64,000 nucleotides of DNA. Origin: Phaeosaccion multiseriatum (Eukaryota > Protista > Ochrophyta, other classes). Within the stretch, counting starts at the first letter, position 1; each line of letters starts with the position of its first letter. The notes beneath the pieces are model-generated. The model saw only the letters and a program-made list of their open reading frames with translations, had not been told where the DNA came from and searched no databases. A program made the position numbers and the translations under genes. The DNA lies in contig OZ218958.1 in NCBI GenBank assembly GCA_965112735.1, positions 1,302,001 to 1,366,000 on the forward strand. The letters are read 5' to 3'. Positions 1 to 13,622 of this stretch are shown piece after piece.

Positions 1-14
1 CCTGCTCCACACAG

Positions 15-1767
15 GGTGCTGATCTATTTGACGCTTCCACCGCCACTTGCGACATTTTTGATAGCTGCGAGCTGCTCAAGGTGCGTTTGGCGGACAAGAG
101 ACCAGCGAAGGCACAGGACCAGCTTATGCAAGGGGAAGTAGAGGAGACACGCTTGTCCCCTTCGGTGATGTGATAGCTAAGATGTACACTTGGGGATGTG
201 GTGACTTACCATCCGCACCTCGCTCTCTCGCACGCTCTCTCACTGTGGCCAACAGACACCAGCTGCTGACGGGGATGGTACACCATACACGTCATGCTGC
301 ACTGGCGACTTTTGGTGAGTGGTAATGGCAAGCAAAGCGCACTTGGGGGGTGCATTTTCTCCCCGGCCCAGCCAAGGCGTTGAGGAGCTCTACGCAGGGC
401 AATTCGCTTTTGCTCCGCCGCACACAATCCCACTCCTTCCTCCCCGCCCCTTGCCCCTCTCTTTGTGCGTTGATACTCCCGTGTTGCCGTACGGTTGTGA
501 ACTCCCCTTTCACGGTGAACACCGGCCATGCAACCATCTTCAAAACCGATAGCCCCCCCACCACCAACGGGGTGGAAGTCAGAGTATGTGAAGGTAAGAG
601 CGAATTGAAGTGAACCTCGTCGCTCCCACACTCTGCTGCTTTTCAAGTAGCGCTCGGATTCTTTACTCGTTACCGTCCACTCTTTGGCCTCCAGTCTGAC
701 AGAAATATTTCTCTCGTACGCTTGTCTTGCGTGTACCACTCGGTCGGTCCCCACCCCCTCCTGCCGTGGCGTGCGCTTCGTGCGGCGGTGACGGCCCTCC
801 TGATGCAGACACGGACGGGGACGGCGTTGTTGACCATCTCGACAAGTGAGTGCTTCCAGTCCTATGCATGTTGGACCGTCGTGTGCGTGTGGATGTGCTG
901 CGTGGCCTGGGTGTGGCCTGCCCCCCAGCAGCGCATCTCTCTCTCAATGGCCTGCATCAGTCCCTGCTTGTTGCTTTTGTCCTTGTCGTGCATGTGTGCG
1001 TATGCACCCTGTGTGTGTGTGTGTGTGTGCGTGTGTGTGTGTGTGTTTGTGCGTGTGTGTGCGTGTGTGTATGTGTGTCTGCGTGTGCGTGTGTGTGCGT
1101 GTGTGTATGTGTGTGTGAGAAGTCAGGTTTCACAGCTGTGTATGTCCGCCCCCCCGTGTTTTTCTCTGTCTTGTCACTGGTGTTGGCTGAATGCCTCCCA
1201 CTGCTCCACTTGAAATGCAAGTGCTGGACCGTTCGCTGATTGCCGTGTCACCTTGTCGGTATTAGTAGGAGACCGGGTCATGCTCACAGACTTGTGTCCT
1301 TCCCGCTTCCCTTCCCCTTCATCCCTCCCTCTTCACGCTTTGCTGCACAGCTGCCCTCAGATAGCCAACCCCCTGCAGATTGAAGTTGAAGGGGGGGACG
1401 CGTGTCAAGGTGAGAGAGGGGCTGACCTGTGATTACGCGGCTGGAAGGGAAACTTGCAAGGAGGGGTAGGCCACCTCCGGAGGCGCTTTGCCATTTGCTG
1501 AGCTCGGCCCTGCGGGTGGGCAAGCTAAGCTTCTCCACCTTATTGCGTGTGACACTCCGTGGTCTGATCATGATACTCTTTGCTGCTCTGCTGGTCGGCG
1601 GCGCGATGTGCTTCTCACCCCCATAACTTGCCATCATGGTCATGCCGCTGGGTCGTGTGCTGCCTTCTCATTCAGACACCGACGGAGACGGGATTGTGGA
1701 CACGGAGGACAAGTGAGTGGACGTGGGAGGGCACCTGTATATAGATGTATATGAGTATGTGTGTGTA

Positions 1768-1810
<43 letters not shown>

Positions 1811-4800
1811 GTGTGTATGTGTGTGTATTGGTGTGTGTGTGTATGTGTGTCTGCGTGTGCGTGTGTGTGTATGTGTGTATGCGTGTTTGAGAAGTCAGGT
1901 TTCACAGCTGTGTATGTCCGCCCCTCCGTGTTTTTCTCTGTGTTGTCACTGGTGTTGGCTGAATGCCTCCCACTGCTCCACTTGAAATGCAAGTGCTGGA
2001 CCGTTCGCTGATTGCCGTGTCACCTTGTCGGTATTAGTAGGAGACCGGGTCATGCTCACAGACTTGTGTCCTTCCCGCCCCCCTTCCCCTTCATCCCTCC
2101 CTCTTCACGCTTTGCTGCACAGCTGCCCTCAGATAGCCAACCCCCTGCAGATTGAAGTTGAAGGGGGGGACGCGTGTCAAGGTGAGAGAGGGGCTGACCT
2201 GTGATTACGCGGCTGGAAGGGAAACTTGCAAGGAGGGGTAGGCCACCTCCGGAGGCGCTTTGCCATTTGCTGAGCTCGGCCCTGCGGGTGGGCAAGCTAA
2301 GCTTCTCCACCTTTTTGCGTGTGACATTCCGTGGTCTGATCATGATACTCTTTGCTGCTCTGCTGGTGGGCGGCGCGGTGTGCTTGTCACCCCCTAACTT
2401 GCCGTCATGGTCATGCCGCTGGGTCGTGTGCTGCCTTCTCATTCAGACACCGACGGAGACGGGATTGTGGACACGGAGGACAAGTGAGTGGATGGGAGGG
2501 CACCTGTGTGTGTGTGTAAGCTGCGTGCGTGCCCCCTTCCATGCCCTGCCTCTCTTTCTACTACAGCCTGCGGTAGCCTGTGCTTGTCGAGGTTGCCTGT
2601 GTATGCAGGCGTGCGATTTGGCTCCCTCCTGTGTGTAGCCAAGTGGCACCTCAGGCGTGAGCCTTCCTTCCTCCTGCGGAGGAGGCCCCCCTCACCACAC
2701 ATGTGCTCCCTTCTCTTCTCTCCGGCTTCCTTGCAGCTGTCCCTCTGTGCCCAACGCGGATCAAACTGACTTGAACGGCTGTGAAGGTGAGGAAAGGGGG
2801 GGGGCAGGGAAGGAGGGGGTGCAGACCGAAAGAGCAACAAGCAAGCCGGAGGGGAGGAGGGTTGGGGGAGACGCGAAACAGGGGGTGCTTCCAATAGAAC
2901 ATGCGAGTCCTTTTGGTGATCTGGACCTATGGCATGACTGTGGGGCAAAGGTGTGTTTCTTGCTCGGTCCTGGTCCATCCACTTGTAGCTCGCTGGCACA
3001 TTGACTCCACACCCTCCCTGTTCCTATGCTTGTGGCCTCTCTTTTTTGTGTTCTGCTCTCTCTTACTGCTTGTCGCCCATTCGGCGCGCCGCCAGCATTG
3101 GGCCCTGCGTGTACGGAGTCATTCGTTGTTTCCACCACGGACGAAGGTTCGACAGGAACGTGCACGTGCGCCTCTCCTTCTGACCAAGTGACGTGTGCCG
3201 GCGATACTTGCAAGGTGCGTGTGCAGGCCGATGTCCCCCGACTTCTCACCAGCGATGGATGGGCCCTGCAGACCACCTCCTTGTTGACTCGCTGCGTCCT
3301 CCATCCCGGCTCTTGACTTGTTGTCTGCTGATGCGTGCTCCTGCAAGTGTTCTGTGAGTCTTCGCAAACAGCTGTACGTGAGTTAAGTGAAGCCCTCTGA
3401 CGCCCGTCTTCTTGCCTCTTGCTGGTGCTACCTCTGCCTTGCCGTTGGCACCTGCTGCGCCTTTCTACACTGTCCGGCCGGGCTCTTCGCTGCTCTTGTT
3501 GGGTATCGCGCATGGGGGTCGGACCATGTCCTCCACGCGTACCCGCGTGTCTCTTCCTCGCCTCCACAGGGCATCACCTTCATTGTAAGTGCTTGAATTG
3601 CATCATCTCTGTTGTGGCAAGCACTCTCCTTGCCATTTGTTGGGTGTTAACCTGCTCGTACAGACCCACCAAAATCCTAACACCCTACTGCTGTCCTTCG
3701 CTTGTTTTCGTGCTGTGCTCGTATCTGCCATCGCGTGCGGCTGCTGGCTTCCACGCCTTCAACCCACCTCGCTCGGTTCTGCTCACCTGTCATGAAGAGT
3801 TGCGCCGTGGAGTGCGCCGACCCACAAGTCTGCAGAGTGAGTAGGGGAGTGCCTTGGAGCAGCTGCTGCCCGCTCATCAGTCGGTCCAGCTCCCACTCTC
3901 TCGCCGCCTGTCCGGTGGGATTTTGTGTCACACCCTCCTGTGGCACAGGTGCAGGGCAGGGTCCACGCGTTAAGCCCTCCCCCCTCCCTCCTGATGTCCC
4001 CCCTGTGCCCCTCTGCTGTTCTGTCTCCTGCCCTCTTTTCACGCCTGTACTCGCCCTGCTCTCCTACGGACCTACGGAAACCATAGGGTGCCAAGTTTGG
4101 TGGCACCTCAACTGCCACCTGCTCTGCCAGGCGATCTTGTGTGGTGAGTGACCATCATCCCAAGTCGCCTCTCGCTACCTGGGCGTTCCCACACGTTTGG
4201 CAGCCAGGCCTTCCCCCCTTCTCCTGACCCTTCCCTTGGCTGTGCCCGTCTGCTGCCCTGCCCCGTGTTTTCTTCCTCTCGTTGATACCCACCCTGTTGC
4301 ACACAGTTGGCCAAGTTCGAAAGCGATTCCAGGGCTGTCTGCTCCAGGCCGTACTCATGTCAGGTGAGGTCTCACCTGGCCCAAGTCCGATCGGCCTCTG
4401 TGCCTAGCCACTCTGTGTCTTTCTCTTGTTGATCGCTACGCGACTCACACCGCACGACCCCTAAGTCCTGCCTCACTCCTGACCTCCCACCTGTGCTCCT
4501 CTGCTGACCTCCTCCCTCTTCTCTCTGTACCACCCCTCGAACCAGAATACCGAGTTTTTCGGCACTTCGATCGCAGACTGCTCCGAGACGAATTCCTGTC
4601 GCGTGAGTCTCAAGTCCGCTCACGTTGCCTGGCTGATGCTGTCGCTTGCTCCTGTCGCACCGCCGCCGAACGGCCGATACCTCAAGCCTTGCTCCTCTCC
4701 TGAACTTCCCTCCGTGCCCCCCGGCCTCCTTCTTTGTGTCGTCGACACCCGTCCTGCTCCACACAGGGTGCTGATCTATTTGACGCTTCCACCGCCACTT

Positions 4801-5766
4801 GCGACATTTTTGATAGCTGCGAGCTGCTCAAGGTGCGTTTGGCGGACAAGAGACCAGCGAAGGCACAGGACCAGCTTATGCAAGGGGAAGTAGAGGAGAC
4901 ACGCTTGTCCCCTTCGGTGATGTGATAGCTAAGATGTACACTTGGGGATGTGGTGACTTACCATCCGCACCTCGCTCTCTCGCACGCTCTCTCACTGTGG
5001 CCAACAGACACCAGCTGCTGACGGGGATGGTACACCATACACGTCATGCTGCACTGGCGACTTTTGGTGAGTGGTACTGGCAAGCAAAGCGCACTTGGGG
5101 GGTGCATTTTCTCCCCGGCCCAGCCAAGGCGTTGAGGAGCTCTACGCAGGGCAATTCGCTTTTGCTCCGCCGCACACAATCCCACTCCTTCCTCCCCGCC
5201 CCTTGCCCCTCTCTTTGTGCGTTGATACTCCCGTGTTGCCGTACGGTTGTGAACTCCCCTTTCACGGTGAACACCGGCCATGCAACCATCTTCAAAACCG
5301 ATAGCCCCCCCACCACCAACGGGGTGGAAGTCAGAGTATGTGAAGGTAAGAGCGAATTGAAGTGTAGGAAGGACCTCGTCGCTCCCACACTCTACTGCTT
5401 TTCAAGTAGCGCTCGGATTCTTTACTCGTTACCGTCCACTCTTTGGCCTCCAGTCTGACAGAAATATTTCGCTCGTACGCTTGTCTTGCGTGTACCACTC
5501 GGTCGGTCCCCACCCCCTCCTGCCGTGGCGTGCGCTTCGTGCGGCGGTGACGGCCCTCCTGATGCAGACACGGACGGGGACGGCGTTGTTGACCCTTTCG
5601 ACAAGTGAGTGCTTTCATACCCATGCATGTTGGACTGTCGTGTGCGTGTGGGTGTGCTGCGTGGCCTGGGCGTGGCCTGCCCCCCAGCAGCGCATCTCTC
5701 TCTCAATGGCCTGCATCAGTCCCTGCTTGTTGCTTTTGCCCTTGTCGTGCATGTGTGCGTATGCAC

Positions 5767-5853
<87 letters not shown>

Positions 5854-6607
5854 GTGTGTGTTTGTGCGTGTGTGTGCGTGTGTGTGTATGTGTGTGTGTG
5901 CGTGTGCGTGTGTGTGCGTGTGTGTGCGTGTGTATGTGTGTGTGTATGTGTGTTTGAGAAGTCAGGTTTCACAGCTGTGTATGTCCGCCCCCCCGTGTTT
6001 TTCTCTGTCTTGTCACTGGTGTTGGCTGAATGCCTCCCACTGCTCCACTTGAAATGCAAGTGCTGGACCGTTCGCTGATTGCCGTGTCACCTTGTCGGTA
6101 TTAGTAGGAGACCGGGTCATGCTCACAGACTTGTGTCCTTCCCGCTTCCCTTCCCCTTCATCCCTCCCTCTTCACGCTTTGCTGCACAGCTGCCCTCAGA
6201 TAGCCAACCCCCTGCAGATTGAAGTTGAAGGGGGGGACGCGTGTCAAGGTGAGAGAGGGGCTGACCTGTGATTACGCGGCTGGAAGGGAAACTTGCAAGG
6301 AGGGGTAGGCCACCTCCGGAGGCGCTTTGCCATTTGCTGAGCTCGGCCCTGCGGGTGGGCAAGCTAAGCTTCTCCACCTTTTTGCGTGTGACATTCCGTG
6401 GTCTGATCATGATACTCTTTGCTGCTCTGCTGGTGGGCGGCGCGGTGTGCTTGTCACCCCCTAACTTGCCGTCATGGTCATGCCGCTGGGTCGTGTGCTG
6501 CCTTCTCATCCAGACACCGACGGAGACGGGATTGTGGACACGGAGGACAAGTGAGTGGACGTGGGAGGGCACCTGTATATAGATGTATATGAGTATGTTT
6601 ATGAGTA

Positions 6608-6653
<46 letters not shown>

Positions 6654-9600
6654 AGTGTGTGTGTGTGTGTGTGTGTGTGCGCGTGTGTGTATGTGTGTGT
6701 GTTTGAGAAGTCAGGTTTCACAGCTGTGTATGTCCGCCCCCCCCCGTGTTTTTTCTCTGTCTTGTCACTGGTGTTGGCTGAATGCCTCCCACTGCTCCAC
6801 TTGAAATGCAAGTGCTGGACCGTTCGCTGATTGCCGTGTCACCTTGTCGGTATTAGTAGGAGACCGGGTCATGCTCACAGACTTGTGTCCTTCCCGCTTC
6901 CCTTCCCCTTCATCCCTCCCTCTTCACGCTTTGCTGCACAGCTGCCCTCAGATAGCCAACCCCCTGCAGATTGAAGTTGAAGGGGGGGACGCGTGTCAAG
7001 GTGAGAGAGGGGCTGACCTGTGATTACGCGGCTGGAAGGGAAACTTGCAAGGAGGGGTAGGCCACCTCCGGAGGCGCTTTGCCATTTGCTGAGCTCGGCC
7101 CTGCGGGTGGGCAAGCTAAGCTTCTCCACCTTTTTGCGTGTGACATTCCGTGGTCTGATCATGATACTCTTTGCTGCTCTGCTGGTGGGCGGCGCGGTGT
7201 GCTTGTCACCCCCTAACTTGCCGTCATGGTCATGCCGCTGGGTCGTGTGCTGCCTTCTCATTCAGACACCGACGGAGACGGGATTGTGGACACGGAGGAC
7301 AAGTGAGTGGATGGGAGGGCACCTGTGTGTGTGTGTAAGCTGCGTGCGTGCCCCCTTCCATGCCCTGCCTCTCTTTCTACTACAGCCTGCGGTAGCCTGT
7401 GCTTGTCGAGGTTGCCTGTGTATGCAGGCGTGCGATTTGGCTCCCTCCTGTGTGTAGCCAAGTGGCACCTCAGGCGTGAGCCTTCCTTCCTTCTGCGGAG
7501 GAGGCCCCCCTCACCACACATGTGCTCCCTTCTCTTCTCTCCGGCTTCCTTGCAGCTGTCCCTCTGTGCCCAACGCGGATCAAACTGACTTGAACGGCTG
7601 TGAAGGTGAGGAAAGGGGGGGGGCAGGGAAGGAGGGGGTGCAGACCGAACGAGCAACACGCACGCCGGAGGGGAGGAGGGTTGGGGGAGACGCGAAACAG
7701 GGGGTGCTTCCAATAGAACATGCGAGTCCTTTTGGTGATCTGGACCTATGGCATGACTGTGGGGCAAAGGTGTGTTTCTTGCTCGGTCCTGGTCCATCCA
7801 CTTGTAGCTCGCTGGCACATTGACTCCACACCCTCCCTGTTCCTATGCTTGTGGCCTCTCTTTTTTGTGTTCTGCTCTCTCTTACTGCTTGTCGCCCATT
7901 CGGCGCGCCGCCAGCATTGGGCCCTGCGTGTACGGAGTCATTCGTTGTTTCCACCACGGACGAAGGTTCGACAGGAACGTGCACGTGCGCCTCTCCTTCT
8001 GACCAAGTGACGTGTGCCGGCGATACTTGCAAGGTGCGTGTGCAGGCCGATGTCCCCCGACTTCTCACCAGCGATGGATGGGCCCTGCAGACCACCTCCT
8101 TGTTGACTCGCTGCGTCCTCCATCCCGGCTCTTGACTTGTTGTCTGCTGATGCGTGCTCCTGCAAGTGTTCTGTGAGTCTTCGCAAACAGCTGTACGTGA
8201 GTTAAGTGAAGCCCTCTGACGCCCGTCTTCTTGCCTCTTGCTGGTGCTACCTCTGCCTTGCCGTTGGCACCTGCTGCGCCTTTCTACACTGTCCGGCCGG
8301 GCTCTTCGCTGCTCTTGTTGGGTATCGCGCATGGGGGTCGGACCATGTCCTCCACGCGTACCCGCGTGTCTCTTCCTCGCCTCCACAGGGCATCACCTTC
8401 ATTGTAAGTGCTTGAATTGCATCATCTCTGTTGTGGCAAGCACTCTCCTTGCCATTTGTTGGGTGTTAACCTGCTCGTACAGACCCACCAAAGTCCTAAC
8501 ACCCTACTGCTGTCCTTCGCTTGTTTTCGTGCTGTGCTCGTATCTGCCATCGCGTGCGGCTGCTGGCTTCCACGCCTTCAACCCACCTCGCTCGGTTCTG
8601 CTCACCTGTCATGAAGAGTTGCGCCGTGGAGTGCGCCGACCCACAAGTCTGCAGAGTGAGTAGGGGAGTGCCTTGGAGCAGCTGCTGCCCGCTCATCAGT
8701 CGGTCCAGCTCCCACTCTCTCGCCGCCTGTCCGGTGGGATTTTGTGTCACACCCTCCTGTGGCACAGGTGCAGGGCAGGGTCCACGCGTTAAGCCCTCCC
8801 CCCTCCCTCCTGATGTCCCCCCTGTGCCCCTCTGCTGTTCTGTCTCCTGCCCTCTTTTCACGCCTGTACTCGCCCTGCTCTCCTACGGACCTACGGAAAC
8901 CATAGGGTGCCAAGTTTGGTGGCACCTCAACTGCCACCTGCTCTGCCAGGCGATCTTGTGTGGTGAGTGACCATCATCCCAAGTCGCCTCTCGCTACCTG
9001 GGCGTTCCCACACGTTTGGCAGCCAGGCCTTCCCCCCTTCTCCTGACCCTTCCCTTGGCTGTGCCCGTCTGCTGCCCTGCCCCGTGTTTTCTTCCTCTCG
9101 TTGATACCCACCCTGTTGCACACAGTTGGCCAAGTTCGAAAGCGATTCCAGGGCTGTCTGCTCCAGGCCGTACTCATGTCAGGTGAGGTCTCACCTGGCC
9201 CAAGTCCGATCGGCCTCTGTGCCTAGCCACTCTGTGTCTTTCTCTTGTTGATCGCTACGCGACTCACACCGCACGACCCCTAAGTCCTGCCTCACTCCTG
9301 ACCTCCCACCTGTGCTCCTCTGCTGACCTCCTCCCCTCTTCTCTCTGTACCACCCCTCGAACCAGAATACCGAGTTTTTCGGCACTTCGATCGCAGACTG
9401 CTCCGAGACGAATTCCTGTCGCGTGAGTCTCAAGTCCGCTCACGTTGCCTGGCTGATGCTGTCGCTTGCTCCTGTCGCACCGCCGCCGAACGGCCGATAC
9501 CTCAAGCCTTGCTCCTCTCCTGAACTTCCCTCCGTGCCCCCCGGCCTCCTTCTTTGTGTCGTCGACACCCGTCCTGCTCCACACAGGGTGCTGATCTATT

Positions 9601-11328
9601 TGACGCTTCCACCGCCACTTGCGACATTTTTGATAGCTGCGAGCTGCTCAAGGTGCGTTTGGCGGACAAGAGACCAGCGAAGGCACAGGACCAGCTTATG
9701 CAAGGGGAAGTAGAGGAGACACGCTTGTCCCCTTCGGTGATGTGATAGCTAAGATGTACACTTGGGGATGTGGTGACTTACCATCCGCACCTCGCTCTCT
9801 CGCACGCTCTCTCACTGTGGCCAACAGACACCAGCTGCTGACGGGGATGGTACACCATACACGTCATGCTGCACTGGCGACTTTTGGTGAGTGGTACTGG
9901 CAAGCAAAGCGCACTTGGGGGGTGCATTTTCTCCCCGGCCCAGCCAAGGCGTTGAGGAGCTCTACGCAGGGCAATTCGCTTTTGCTCCGCCGCACACAAT
10001 CCCACTCCTTCCTCCCCGCCCCTTGCCCCTCTCTTTGTGCGTTGATACTCCCGTGTTGCCGTACGGTTGTGAACTCCCCTTTCACGGTGAACACCGGCCA
10101 TGCAACCATCTTCAAAACCGATAGCCCCCCCACCACCAACGGGGTGGAAGTCAGAGTATGTGAAGGTAAGAGCGAATTGAAGTGTAGGAAGGACCTCGTC
10201 GCTCCCACACTCTACTGCTTTTCAAGTAGCGCTCGGATTCTTTACTCGTTACCGTCCACTCTTTGGCCTCCAGTCTGACAGAAATATTTCGCTCGTACGC
10301 TTGTCTTGCGTGTACCACTCGGTCGGTCCCCACCCCCTCCTGCCGTGGCGTGCGCTTCGTGCGGCGGTGACGGCCCTCCTGATGCAGACACGGACGGGGA
10401 CGGCGTTGTTGACCCTTTCGACAAGTGAGTGCTTTCATACCCATGCATGTTGGACTGTCGTGTGCGTGTGGGTGTGCTGCGTGGCCTGGGCGTGGCCTGC
10501 CCCCCAGCAGCGCATCTCTCTCTCAATGGCCTGCATCAGTCCCTGCTTGTTGCTTTTGCCCTTGTCGTGCATGTGTGCGTGCGTGTGTGTGTGTGTGTGT
10601 GTGCGCGTGCGTGTGTGTGTATGTGTGTTTGCGTGTGTGTGCATGTGTGTGTATGTGTGTGTGTATGTGTGTTTGAAAAGTCAGGTTTCACAGCTGTGTA
10701 TGTCCGCCCCCCCCCGTGTTTTACTCTGTTTGTCACTGGTGTTGGCTGAATGCCTCCCACTGCTCCACTTGAAATGCAAGTGCTGGACCGTTCGCTGATT
10801 GCCGTGTCACCTTGTCGGTATTAGTAGGAGACCGGGTCATGCTCACAGACTTGTGTCCTTCCCGCTTCCCTTCCCCTTCATCCCTCCCTCTTCACGCTTT
10901 GCTGCACAGCTGCCCTCAGATAGCCAACCCCCTGCAGATTGAAGTTGAAGGGGGGGACGCGTGTCAAGGTGAGAGAGGGGCTGACCTGTGATTACGCGGC
11001 TGGAAGGGAAACTTGCAAGGAGGGGTAGGCCACCTCCGGAGGCGCTTTGCCATTTGCTGAGCTCGGCCCTGCGGGTGGGCAAGCTAAGCTTCTCCACCTT
11101 ATTGCGTGTGACACTCCGTGGTCTGATCATGATACTCTTTGCTGCTCTGCTGGTCGGCGGCGCGATGTGCTTCTCACCCCCATAACTTGCCATCATGGTC
11201 ATGCCGCTGGGTCGTGTGCTGCCTTCTCATCCAGACACCGACGGAGACGGGATTGTGGACACGGAGGACAAGTGAGTGGACGTGGGAGGGCACCTGTATA
11301 TAGATGTATATGAGTATGTATATGAGTA

Positions 11329-11396
<68 letters not shown>

Positions 11397-12077
11397 CGCG
11401 TGTGTGTATGTGTGTGTGTTTGAGAAGTCAGGTTTCACAGCTGTGTATGTCCGCCCCCCCCCGTGTTTTTTCTCTGTCTTGTCACTGGTGTTGGCTGAAT
11501 GCCTCCCACTGCTCCACTTGAAATGCAAGTGCTGGACCGTTCGCTGATTGCCGTGTCACCTTGTCGGTATTAGTAGGAGACCGGGTCATGCTCACAGACT
11601 TGTGTCCTTCCCGCTTCCCTTCCCCTTCATCCCTCCCTCTTCACGCTTTGCTGCACAGCTGCCCTCAGATAGCCAACCCCCTGCAGATTGAAGTTGAAGG
11701 GGGGGACGCGTGTCAAGGTGAGAGAGGGGCTGACCTGTGATTACGCGGCTGGAAGGGAAACTTGCAAGGAGGGGTAGGCCACCTCCGGAGGCGCTTTGCC
11801 ATTTGCTGAGCTCGGCCCTGCGGGTGGGCAAGCTAAGCTTCTCCACCTTATTGCGTGTGACACTCCGTGGTCTGATCATGATACTCTTTGCTGCTCTGCT
11901 GGTCGGCGGCGCGATGTGCTTCTCACCCCCATAACTTGCCATCATGGTCATGCCGCTGGGTCGTGTGCTGCCTTCTCATCCAGACACCGACGGAGACGGG
12001 ATTGTGGACACGGAGGACAAGTGAGTGGACGTGGGAGGGCACCTGTATATAGATGTATATGAGTATGTATATGAGTA

Positions 12078-12119
<42 letters not shown>

Positions 12120-12826
12120 AGTGTGTGTGTGTGTGTGTGTGTGTGCGCGTGTGTGTATGTGTGTGTGTTTGAGAAGTCAGGTTTCACAGCTGTGTATGTC
12201 CGCCCCCCCCCGTGTTTTTTCTCTGTCTTGTCACTGGTGTTGGCTGAATGCCTCCCACTGCTCCACTTGAAATGCAAGTGCTGGACCGTTCGCTGATTGC
12301 CGTGTCACCTTGTCGGTATTAGTAGGAGACCGGGTCATGCTCACAGACTTGTGTCCTTCCCGCTTCCCTTCCCCTTCATCCCTCCCTCTTCACGCTTTGC
12401 TGCACAGCTGCCCTCAGATAGCCAACCCCCTGCAGATTGAAGTTGAAGGGGGGGACGCGTGTCAAGGTGAGAGAGGGGCTGACCTGTGATTACGCGGCTG
12501 GAAGGGAAACTTGCAAGGAGGGGTAGGCCACCTCCGGAGGCGCTTTGCCATTTGCTGAGCTCGGCCCTGCGGGTGGGCAAGCTAAGCTTCTCCACCTTAT
12601 TGCGTGTGACACTCCGTGGTCTGATCATGATACTCTTTGCTGCTCTGCTGGTCGGCGGCGCGATGTGCTTCTCACCCCCATAACTTGCCATCATGGTCAT
12701 GCCGCTGGGTCGTGTGCTGCCTTCTCATCCAGACACCGACGGAGACGGGATTGTGGACACGGAGGACAAGTGAGTGGACGTGGGAGGGCACCTGTATATA
12801 GATGTATATGAGTATGTATATGAGTA

Positions 12827-12870
<44 letters not shown>

Positions 12871-13578
12871 AGTGTGTGTGTGTGTGTGTGTGTGTGCGCG
12901 TGTGTGTATGTGTGTGTGTTTGAGAAGTCAGGTTTCACAGCTGTGTATGTCCGCCCCCCCCCCGTGTTTTTTCTCTGTCTTGTCACTGGTGTTGGCTGAA
13001 TGCCTCCCACTGCTCCACTTGAAATGCAAGTGCTGGACCGTTCGCTGATTGCCGTGTCACCTTGTCGGTATTAGTAGGAGACCGGGTCATGCTCACAGAC
13101 TTGTGTCCTTCCCGCTTCCCTTCCCCTTCATCCCTCCCTCTTCACGCTTTGCTGCACAGCTGCCCTCAGATAGCCAACCCCCTGCAGATTGAAGTTGAAG
13201 GGGGGGACGCGTGTCAAGGTGAGAGAGGGGCTGACCTGTGATTACGCGGCTGGAAGGGAAACTTGCAAGGAGGGGTAGGCCACCTCCGGAGGCGCTTTGC
13301 CATTTGCTGAGCTCGGCCCTGCGGGTGGGCAAGCTAAGCTTCTCCACCTTATTGCGTGTGACACTCCGTGGTCTGATCATGATACTCTTTGCTGCTCTGC
13401 TGGTCGGCGGCGCGATGTGCTTCTCACCCCCATAACTTGCCATCATGGTCATGCCGCTGGGTCGTGTGCTGCCTTCTCATCCAGACACCGACGGAGACGG
13501 GATTGTGGACACGGAGGACAAGTGAGTGGACGTGGGAGGGCACCTGTATATAGATGTATATGAGTATGTATATGAGTA

Positions 13579-13622
<44 letters not shown>

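Noticed and set aside
4087-4832. Insect-type antifreeze protein
   Set aside because: The period is 19 aa, not 12, and there is no regular Thr-x-Thr ladder; the outward positions are variable.
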